A stretch of 20,558 nucleotides of DNA from Armatimonas sp. (GTDB taxonomy: Bacteria; Armatimonadota; Armatimonadia; Armatimonadales; Armatimonadaceae). This document shows, piece after piece, positions 14,478 through 20,558 of this stretch; the first letter of the stretch is position 1; each line of letters begins with the position of its first letter. The position numbers were made by a program, and so were the translations under genes. The notes beneath the pieces are model-generated. The model made no database searches. It saw only the letters and a list, made by a program, of their open reading frames with translations, and had not been told where the DNA came from. The stretch spans positions 1 through 20,558 of the forward strand of contig NZ_JANNYP010000607.1 in assembly GCF_031410135.1 (NCBI RefSeq). Reading direction: 5' to 3'.

Positions 14478-15226
14478 CGACCGAAGCCACCGAAGCCGCC
14501 CATTCCGCCTCCCATACCACCGCCCATACCGCCCATACCACCGCCCATACCACCCATCATACCGCCGCCACCCATGCCACCCATGCCGCCGCCCATGCCA
14601 CCCATGCCGCCGCCCATGCCACCCATGCCGCCGCCCATCATGCCGCCCATGCCGCCGCCCATGCCGCCCATGCCGCCACCCATGCCACCCATGCCGCCGC
14701 CCATGCCGCCCATGCCACCACCACCCTGCATAGCTCGACTGGAGAAGGAGACATTAATAATCCCTCCTAATATCTGGCTTAAGTCCATCGGATCAAGATA
14801 GGTGAGGCTAATGCGCTCGTAGGCCGCATTTGGCCGAATGATTTCATCGGGTCCTATCGGAGCAGGTGCTGAGTCCTGAGGATTAGGATTGATCGCACGA
14901 GGCTTGACAATCCAGACACCGTTTTCTTTGGTGTAGGTAAGAGGCACACTAGCTGCACGCATGATCAGCTTCAGTGCATTCTCAAAGGGCTGCTCTGTAA
15001 TCTTAAGCGTGACAAATCCCACAACATTATTGTCAATGATATAGTTATTAATGCCTGCTTGCTTGAACGCAGCCTCAATCGTAGAACGAATGGGCGAGTC
15101 TTGCAGGTCAAAAGTAACATTATTTAATTTTTCTTGTGCAAATGCGCTCATAGGAAGAACAATTGCAATAGCAGATAACACCGCCCCAGCGGCAAATTTC
15201 CCGGTAAAATTCACTTTTTTCCTCAT
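14474..15226 (-). CDS. Sec-secreted STN/secretin-N-like domain protein with ~90-residue C-terminal Gly-Met repeat tail, (GGGMGGM)n
   Basis: Signal peptide MRKKVNFTGKFAAGAVLSAIAIVLPMSAFA|QEK. NVTFDLQDSPIRSTIEAAFKQAGINNYIIDNN..VTLKITEQPFENALKLIMRAASVPLTYTKENGVWIV matches the secretin-N/STN short domain pattern (VxLDLxDxPLxxALxxLAxQxGLNxxIDPxVxGxVTLxLxNVPxxQALDLILRxNGLxYxxEGNIIxV, recalled). The C-terminal tail is only G and M (plus a final GFGGFGR). Its stop codon overlaps that of the convergent response regulator (CTAG). Confidence 0.7.
   Translation of the reverse strand: MRKKVNFTGKFAAGAVLSAIAIVLPMSAFAQEKLNNVTFDLQDSPIRSTIEAAFKQAGINNYIIDNNVVGFVTLKITEQPFENALKLIMRAASVPLTYTKENGVWIVKPRAINPNPQDSAPAPIGPDEIIRPNAAYERISLTYLDPMDLSQILGGIINVSFSSRAMQGGGGMGGMGGGMGGMGGGMGGMGGGMGGMMGGGMGGMGGGMGGMGGGMGGMGGGGMMGGMGGGMGGMGGGMGGGMGGFGGFGR
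14490..14740. repeat. Tandem 21-nt-period DNA repeat (unit approximately CCCATGCCACCCATGCCGCCG on the plus strand) encoding the Gly-Met tail
   Basis: Units read directly from sequence. Early copies use CCATACC, later copies CCATGCC. The period corresponds to the 7-aa GGGMGGM unit. Confidence 0.8.
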
Positions 15227-15329
15227 CTTCTAAATACGAACAGTTTACTACTCGTATTCTAAACAAATTGGACACGAGGAAAGTTCATTCCTTCAAATTA
15301 TTTTTATTTTTTTCTAAAAAACAAATCGT

Positions 15330-15860
15330 CTAAAGCGACGAAAGTACATTTAAAAGCACGGGTAGCTGAAGATACGGTAGCTCAGGCGAGGTGAGTATCC
15401 CTGAGTAGAGGGCCGGTGGCGTTCCAGGAGGCACTTGAAGAATCAACTGTACAGTTTGAATGGCATCGGGCGCTAGCTGAAAAACCGCTGAAGAGGGCAG
15501 AAGTTGCTCGGGTTCAATACGATTTCCCGCCGCGCTCAGCAGCGGCGTACTTCGCAGGATAAACGTCACCGGGTCGGCTTGGTCGTTGTGCAGACGAAAG
15601 GGCAAGGCAACGTGCTCCCCCGCACGAACAGGCAGAGCGGGCATGAGGCTGTGGCGTGCCAAGGTCGGCAAGGCTCCTCGTGCGACCTCGGTGTCTAAGA
15701 TGGAGGAAGCCACTTCCAAGAGATCTTGCGGAAGCTCGGGCGCTGCCGCAGGCTCGGTCGGCTCGATAGCGTCACTAGGCTCCAGAGGCACCAGCGTGCG
15801 GCTCCGGTAGGTAGCCAAAGGGGTACAAACGTCGAGGGGTTTTCGTCGGTAGGTCTGCAT
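15330..15860 (-). CDS. Hypothetical protein, last gene of the encapsulin-associated operon
   Basis: Its ATG (15860-15858) lies 1 nt after the polyprenyl synthase TAA (TAAGATG). No recognisable motifs. Pro/Leu-rich; C-terminal half is beta-like (HVALPFRLHNDQADPVTFILRSTPLL...AVFQLAPDAIQTVQLILQVPPGTPPALYSGIL). Confidence 0.45.
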   Translation of the reverse strand: MQTYRRKPLDVCTPLATYRSRTLVPLEPSDAIEPTEPAAAPELPQDLLEVASSILDTEVARGALPTLARHSLMPALPVRAGEHVALPFRLHNDQADPVTFILRSTPLLSAAGNRIEPEQLLPSSAVFQLAPDAIQTVQLILQVPPGTPPALYSGILTSPELPYLQLPVLLNVLSSL

Positions 15861-15861
15861 C

Positions 15862-16890
15862 TTAAGAGTTCCGTGAGATCATGTAGCCGATCAAGTCTGA
15901 GAGAAACGTGCGGTGCTCCGAGGGGCCAGCGTCGGCAAAGGCTTGCTCAAAGGCATCCAGGGTGGCCTGGACAAAGCGCTCCGAGACGGCCTGGGCATGT
16001 GTGATACTGCCGTAGTGGGTCATGCGCTCCAGAATCCACGCGACATCGTCGGCACTGCGCTGTGGGCGGGTCTGTGCCAGAAAGCCTTCAAGACGCTCCT
16101 GCTCACTGCGACTTGCGTGCTGAAGCAAGTGCACCAGCATCAGCGTGCGCTTCCCCTCCCAGAGGTCGCCACCGATCTCTTTGCCGTAGCTCTTGTCATC
16201 GCCCACTAAGTTGAGCACATCGTCTTGGATCTGAAACGCCACACCCATAAAGTAGCCAAAGCGATTGAAGACATTGAGGTCTAGCCGATCTTTGCGAGCG
16301 ATCAGCGCCCCGATGCGACACGGATGGATAAAGCTGTACCAGCAGGTCTTCTTGAGGATCATCTCCAGGTAGTCGGCCTCGGTGACCGTGATGTCGTTGT
16401 CGCGTATCCAGCCCAGCTCCAGTGCCTGGCCTTCCAGCGACTGCAAGAGAAGGTGCTCAAACTCCTCGATAATGCGCCAGGTCAGTGGTCCCCCCAGCGT
16501 CGGGAGATTCTCTCGCACCAGCTTGAGGCTGAGCATGTTGAGCGCATCGCCCGCGTTTACGGCCAGCGGCATCCCGTACTGTGCCATCATCGTGGGCTGG
16601 GTGCGCCGAAACTCGCTCCCGTCTTCCACATCGTCGTGGACGAGAAACGCATTGTGGAGCATCTCCAGCGCCACAGCGGACTTGAGTGCCTCTTCCTCAG
16701 AGCCACCAAATGCCCCGCAGGTCGCCAGGCAGAGTGCCGGGCGCAGGCCCTTTCCTCTCCGCGCTAGGTGTTCGGCCATCGGGCCATAGAGATAGCGCTG
16801 GGGCTCGCGTGTGGGCAGCGCCGCCAGCAGGCCCGCCTGGATCAGCTCTCCGTAGTGCGCAAGCCGCTGGCGTAGAAGCTCCGTGGTCAC
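15862..16890 (-). CDS. trans-Isoprenyl (polyprenyl) diphosphate synthase family protein
   Basis: First Asp-rich motif LVHDDVEDGSEFRRTQPT (DDxxD...RR) and second motif GVAFQIQDDVLNLVGD (DDxxN variant). About 340 aa, typical for the family. GTG start overlaps the upstream stop (GTGA). Confidence 0.8.
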   Translation of the reverse strand: MTTELLRQRLAHYGELIQAGLLAALPTREPQRYLYGPMAEHLARRGKGLRPALCLATCGAFGGSEEEALKSAVALEMLHNAFLVHDDVEDGSEFRRTQPTMMAQYGMPLAVNAGDALNMLSLKLVRENLPTLGGPLTWRIIEEFEHLLLQSLEGQALELGWIRDNDITVTEADYLEMILKKTCWYSFIHPCRIGALIARKDRLDLNVFNRFGYFMGVAFQIQDDVLNLVGDDKSYGKEIGGDLWEGKRTLMLVHLLQHASRSEQERLEGFLAQTRPQRSADDVAWILERMTHYGSITHAQAVSERFVQATLDAFEQAFADAGPSEHRTFLSDLIGYMISRNS

Positions 16891-18755
16891 GACAGGACAT
16901 CCTCAGGCATCAGGGGCAGGATATGCACGCGTCCGGTGCGGCTCTTGGGCGCTACGTTATTAAGACCAAGCTGGCTGAGATGAGCTAAAAGCTGCTGGCT
17001 CACGGCAGTAGGCGCTAGCGGGGCGGCTCCGGGTGTGCCTTGATTGAAGACCTGCACCGCGCTCTCGATCAGCGACATCGTGGCAAGCCCGAGGCGCACT
17101 TGGGAGTCGTCCCACGGCAGGCCCTGCTGGTAGCGCAGGCGGTCTAGGGCACGCCAGGGTTCAAACAGCTCCGGCTCATGAAGCTTCCAGAGCTGGCACG
17201 GTGTGGCGCTTACGCCCGAGGCGCTAAGAATTCCATTGACGGCACGACGGGCGGCTTCGTTAGCCCCCTCCATGGTCGCCAAGTCCGTGTAGGTCCGCAC
17301 GTAGTCGGAGGCGAGAAAGAGATTGGGAATCGCGGTCACTGCCTCGGGCCGCAGCCGCCAGGTATTGATCAGATTCACCAGAAGCGGCTCTTTGTTCTCC
17401 AGCACGCCGCTGGCATTGCGCTTGATATCAGGATCTAAGAACCAGCCGTGCAGATGGCGATCCTGAAGAATCTCTTGGCCGTTGATATTGATATTGATAC
17501 TGCGCTTGAGCTGCTCCCAGACCTCGGCCTTGATCTCCTCGCGCGTACACTGCTTGGCGGTCTTTCCATTGAAGCCGAGCGCCTCCCACTCGGAGATATC
17601 CACAGAGAGAATGCCTTGGATCGTGCCATCGCCATAGTGGCTCAAGTCAATCTCAGGCCAGAACTGTTTTTGCGACACGGACGTCAAGGCCCACGGCGAG
17701 TCAATATAGATCGTGTGGCCGTGTGTGAGCGGAGCATCTTTGGTAAGGTAGAGCTGGAGACCGTTCATCCAGTCCACACCGCCTTGGCTCAAGGGAAGGA
17801 GATTCCCCAGCGATGGATCGGCGTGAAGTAACTCGGGGGTAAGAAGCTGGGCCATGCGCTCGACAGGAACCGCGCAGATATAGTAGTCCCCGACGGCCTC
17901 AAACGTCCGCCCGTGCTGCGTGACCTGTGCACTGGTGATCTTGCCATCGGTGCAGCGAATCGCCTGAAGCTCGGACTCAAAGTGGTAGACCACGCCGCGC
18001 TGCGTCAGATACGCAAGCCAAGGGCCAATCCAGACCTCGTTGGTCGGGCCATTGAGAAGCCTATCGCTACTGGTACCGGGCTCCACCACATCAAAGAGGA
18101 GCTGTACTAAGATATCCCCGATGGTTTTTGTGCTCGCGAGGCGCGCTTTAGCCGCGACCAGCGAGCGCGTGATCCCAAAGCCTAAGAACTTCTGGTAGGC
18201 CACCGAGCGCGTCTCCGCTCCGATAAAGTCCCACCAGTCGAGCTTCTCGTACTCGTCGAAGCGCCGCTCCTGACAGGATGTGATAATCTGCCAGATCTTC
18301 GAGCCAAAGAACGTCAGCTCCTCGGGCGTTAATCCCAAGTCGTTGCCAAAGAGCAAGCTCAAGTCATCGAGAACCACCCGAATGTCTTCCAGCGAGCGCG
18401 GCGAGCGTGAGGGGAGCACAAACGAGTTTCTCTCAAAGCGGGCCATCTCAATGCGGGTCGTGTCTACCAAGTTATCTACCACGGAGCTACTCGCCCCGTA
18501 GGGGATGCGGCTCATCGTGTCGATAACATGCTTATAAAACCGAGGGAAGAAGCGGAAGCCGTGCTCACCGGGCAGGTCTTTTCGCATCCCGTCAGGCCCT
18601 GTCGTCGCAGAGCCCGGCACCGGGATGCTCCGGGCCTTGCCACCGGGAATGCTCTGGCGCTCGTAGACCTCCACGGCAAAGCCCCGCTCGATCAGCTCGT
18701 GCGCAGCGCTTAGCCCGGCGACTCCCCCGCCTAAAATGACGACTTTCTTCTTCAC
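16887..18755 (-). CDS. FAD-dependent oxidoreductase of the amine-oxidase / phytoene-desaturase (CrtI-like) superfamily, with ~110-aa C-terminal extension
   Basis: N-terminal dinucleotide-binding motif KKKVVILGGGVAGLSAAHELIERGFAVEVYERQSIPGGKARS. C-proximal FAD-binding motif LFLASDYVRTYTDLATMEGANEAARRAVNGIL, typical of flavin amine oxidase/CrtI enzymes. Another ~110 residues follow this motif. GTG start overlaps the encapsulin stop (GTGA). Confidence 0.75.
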   Translation of the reverse strand: MKKKVVILGGGVAGLSAAHELIERGFAVEVYERQSIPGGKARSIPVPGSATTGPDGMRKDLPGEHGFRFFPRFYKHVIDTMSRIPYGASSSVVDNLVDTTRIEMARFERNSFVLPSRSPRSLEDIRVVLDDLSLLFGNDLGLTPEELTFFGSKIWQIITSCQERRFDEYEKLDWWDFIGAETRSVAYQKFLGFGITRSLVAAKARLASTKTIGDILVQLLFDVVEPGTSSDRLLNGPTNEVWIGPWLAYLTQRGVVYHFESELQAIRCTDGKITSAQVTQHGRTFEAVGDYYICAVPVERMAQLLTPELLHADPSLGNLLPLSQGGVDWMNGLQLYLTKDAPLTHGHTIYIDSPWALTSVSQKQFWPEIDLSHYGDGTIQGILSVDISEWEALGFNGKTAKQCTREEIKAEVWEQLKRSINININGQEILQDRHLHGWFLDPDIKRNASGVLENKEPLLVNLINTWRLRPEAVTAIPNLFLASDYVRTYTDLATMEGANEAARRAVNGILSASGVSATPCQLWKLHEPELFEPWRALDRLRYQQGLPWDDSQVRLGLATMSLIESAVQVFNQGTPGAAPLAPTAVSQQLLAHLSQLGLNNVAPKSRTGRVHILPLMPEDVLS

Positions 18756-19687
18756 TTTTGCTTGGTGCTAGGGTCGGCCAGCTCAAAGGAGCAAATCGCT
18801 TCCGTTTCCTTAACTCGGTAGGTGAAGCGCTCGTAGACACGGAAGTGGTACTGGGCTTCGTCGGAGATATTGAGAAACTGAACCGTGGGCGGCGTGGCGA
18901 CGACGAGATCAATGGGATCGCCGCAGAGGGAGACCACCACACCACAGCGAGGCGGCAAGATCCCGGAGCGCTGGAGCGGCATCCCCAGCATCGGGGTGAT
19001 GCGATCACTGGGCAGCACCAGCGAGCCACGCTCGGGCGTAAAGGCCTCGACATAGGCCTGATCCCCCAGCACACAGGCAAACGGCCCGAGATGGCCATTT
19101 TGCTCCAACGCGGTGATCGCGGCCACGATGATGCGGACGATACTCTCCGAAAACGGGGGCTCCGCGACGGGTATCCGATAGCCTGTGGGTCGAAGCTTCA
19201 AGCCCTCCTGGAATAGCCCCTCTATCTTCTGTCCACTCGTGACAAGACACTGCTTGGGTACTAAAATATCGTTGAGCTCCTCACGGCTCGGGTTACGCCT
19301 AGGCAGCCCCCGAAAGGTAATCGCGTCCTCGGCTCGTGCCAGGATATTGGCCCCCCGTCGAAAGGCCAGCAAGGCATCCTCGATCCGCTCCTGCGCCATC
19401 TGCTGCTGCTTGAGATAGACATGTACCGTGAGCGAGCAGAGCGTCAAGGTCTCCACATCATCCACACGCAGGGGGGTACCCGCCTCGTCAAACTCCAGCA
19501 GGTTCTGACGCCGCACCACTTCCGCACTCTTTGCCAGTGGGCCATAACACGGAAGAAACGAGCCCGCCACGCTGGACTTAGTGACTTCTTCCTGAACCGT
19601 CTGATTGATCTGGTTCCACTGATCTTGCGACCACTCAATTTGCCGACTAGGACTCTCCATAGCTTTTACGCCTTTCTTTCTTACCAA
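18752..19687 (-). CDS. Encapsulin nanocompartment shell protein (HK97-fold, Family-1-like); probable start ATG at 19660 (302 aa)
   Basis: By-eye alignment to recalled Family 1 sequences. SQDQWNQINQTV fits T. maritima LTEKQWQEIDNRA. LEQNGHLGPFACVLGDQAY fits M. xanthus EncA LNEQGHFGPYAVVLSPRLY. CGVVVSLCGDPIDLVVA...YHFRVYERFTYRVKETEAICSFEL fits EncA SGVVVSTGRENMDLAVS...HPFRVLEALLLRIKHPDAICTL. Length is typical. The ORF-track start is a TTG (19687); an in-frame ATG lies at 19660. Confidence 0.8.
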   Translation of the reverse strand: MVRKKGVKAMESPSRQIEWSQDQWNQINQTVQEEVTKSSVAGSFLPCYGPLAKSAEVVRRQNLLEFDEAGTPLRVDDVETLTLCSLTVHVYLKQQQMAQERIEDALLAFRRGANILARAEDAITFRGLPRRNPSREELNDILVPKQCLVTSGQKIEGLFQEGLKLRPTGYRIPVAEPPFSESIVRIIVAAITALEQNGHLGPFACVLGDQAYVEAFTPERGSLVLPSDRITPMLGMPLQRSGILPPRCGVVVSLCGDPIDLVVATPPTVQFLNISDEAQYHFRVYERFTYRVKETEAICSFELADPSTKQK

Positions 19688-19702
19688 AGCGATTAGGAAG
19701 AA

Positions 19703-20558
19703 TTACCGAACCGCATAAACATCATACGAAATAACAAAATATTCTTTATAAACAACGCCTATTGCAATCGTAAAAAGCCTATTCATCCAAATATAGTCCC
19801 TATTCGATGTTAAAAACCGACAATTCAAACGAGCAGTCGGCTTTTCAGGCCAATTATTGTCTATAAAATTCTTAAATCCATTAATCCCTAATTCAAAAAC
19901 GCCTGTTGCCGTCATATAGATCAAAGCACCGTCATCTGTCTCAAGACAGGCATGTATATCAGGATCACCAATGCCGTCTCTGCGAATGGTCATCCAGTCT
20001 CCCCCGTGCTTTTTCACGACACCTCGTATTAAAGGCCCGGAAAATATACCTTCTTCCACAAACCAGTTCACTTTCAGGCCTTCCGGGGTATCACCAAAGA
20101 CTTCCAGGTTCTGTGTCAAATTTACGGTCAAGGAAAAAAGATAGTCCAGGTGAAAGGGAAAACGTGTCTGCGTAGGAGTCCGTAAAGTAAGCTCATTTTC
20201 TCTGGCTGTCGTCAGTTCTGATTTCATTTGAAACGACGATGGGAGTTGCTGATAGGTCGCAATGTCGGGCACCTGGCGACCGCCACAGTGAAAGACAGGT
20301 ACGTACTCCACAAGGCACTCTTGGCCGACATCGGGAAAGCTTGCCTGGTAGTACTGTGTGGCGCTGGCATAGTCAGTGCGCACTAAGACGGCGGGGATTG
20401 TCTGTGTCCGACCACTGTCAATACGACAGTGGACGACAACTCGGTTTCCCGGCTTGATCGGTGAGACGCCGACCGTGAGGGTCTGAGGCGACGGCAAAAA
20501 CTCACCATTCGCGGAGACCGGCGCGGGTGCATCGCTCGTGCCATACCAGAGGGTCAAG
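19703..20558 (-). CDS. DUF3237-like beta-barrel domain protein. The AT-rich DUF3237 unit probably starts at the internal ATG 20228 (175 aa); the GC-rich upstream 105 codons are of doubtful coding status and the ORF runs off the window.
   Basis: LTVNLTQNLEVFGDTPEGLKVNWFVEEGIFSGPLIRGVVKKHGGDWMTIRRDGIGDPDIHACLETDDGALIYMTATG...NRLFTIAIGVVYKEYFVISYDVYAV matches the recalled DUF3237 pattern (TPEG.R.i.pi.GG.f.GP.lrG.VlpGGaDW...rpDG...lDaRYtL.TDDGAlIyv...G...). Base composition switches sharply at about nt 20250, right at the in-frame ATG. The start at 20557 is only a TTG created by the window edge. Confidence 0.55.
   Translation of the reverse strand, partial: LTLWYGTSDAPAPVSANGEFLPSPQTLTVGVSPIKPGNRVVVHCRIDSGRTQTIPAVLVRTDYASATQYYQASFPDVGQECLVEYVPVFHCGGRQVPDIATYQQLPSSFQMKSELTTARENELTLRTPTQTRFPFHLDYLFSLTVNLTQNLEVFGDTPEGLKVNWFVEEGIFSGPLIRGVVKKHGGDWMTIRRDGIGDPDIHACLETDDGALIYMTATGVFELGINGFKNFIDNNWPEKPTARLNCRFLTSNRDYIWMNRLFTIAIGVVYKEYFVISYDVYAVR

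Noticed and set aside
14450-14801. Plus-strand ORFs encoding Thr/His/Ala-rich (106 aa) and Pro-Met-rich (75 aa) low-complexity peptides
   Set aside because: They are reverse-complement mirror images of the Gly-Met tandem repeat. The minus-strand ORF has a signal peptide, a real domain and is contiguous, so these are repeat artefacts.
15504-16209. Plus-strand ORFs (64-98 aa) antisense to the hypothetical and polyprenyl synthase genes
   Set aside because: Opposite a tightly coupled operon with strong polyprenyl-synthase motifs; no independent support.
18752-19687. Possibility that the shell is a Family 2B encapsulin (the family known to pair with polyprenyl transferases)
   Set aside because: The sequence aligns by eye along its whole length to Family 1 shells (T. 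maritima, M. xanthus EncA). It shows no extra cNMP-binding-like insertion, and its length (~302 aa) is Family-1-like. It should still be confirmed by HMM.
20228-20557. Treating the 284-aa ORF as a genuine two-domain protein with a GC-rich N-terminal domain
   Set aside because: Not fully rejected, but the N-terminal 105 codons have no motifs, differ sharply in base composition from the DUF3237 part, and begin only at a TTG created by the window edge. Reported as a finding instead of an asserted domain.

Overview
High-GC (over 60% by eye) bacterial chromosomal window with 17 confident or probable protein genes and no rRNA, tRNA or CRISPR that I can see. In order: (1) 3' end of a GH10 xylanase gene. 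(2) A secreted CotH-family kinase-like protein with a Gly/Pro-rich linker and two C-terminal EF-hands, followed by a VTC/CYTH-like protein and an ABC exporter, apparently one operon. (3) A HEAT-repeat protein and an N-acetylhexosamine-1-kinase (NahK)-like kinase. (4) A convergent 1000-aa secreted VIT-vWA-TPR protein. (5) A RelE/HigB-like toxin with an HTH antidote, a type II TA pair. (6) A rhomboid protease-TPR fusion and an overlapping vWA-like gene. (7) A HisKA_3 sensor kinase with a NarL/LuxR response regulator. (8) On the minus strand, the most interesting block: a Family-1-type encapsulin shell gene (18752-19687) translationally coupled, via overlapping GTGA start/stop codons, to a 622-aa amine-oxidase/phytoene-desaturase-superfamily FAD enzyme, a trans-polyprenyl diphosphate synthase and a 176-aa hypothetical. 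None of the neighbours carries a canonical encapsulin targeting peptide. This block is flanked by two visibly AT-rich islands: one encodes a DUF3237-like protein; the other encodes a Sec-secreted STN/secretin-N-domain protein ending in an extraordinary ~90-residue (GGGMGGM)n Gly-Met tail, encoded by a 21-nt tandem DNA repeat. All domain calls are from by-eye motif recognition and recalled family sequences; no searches were run.
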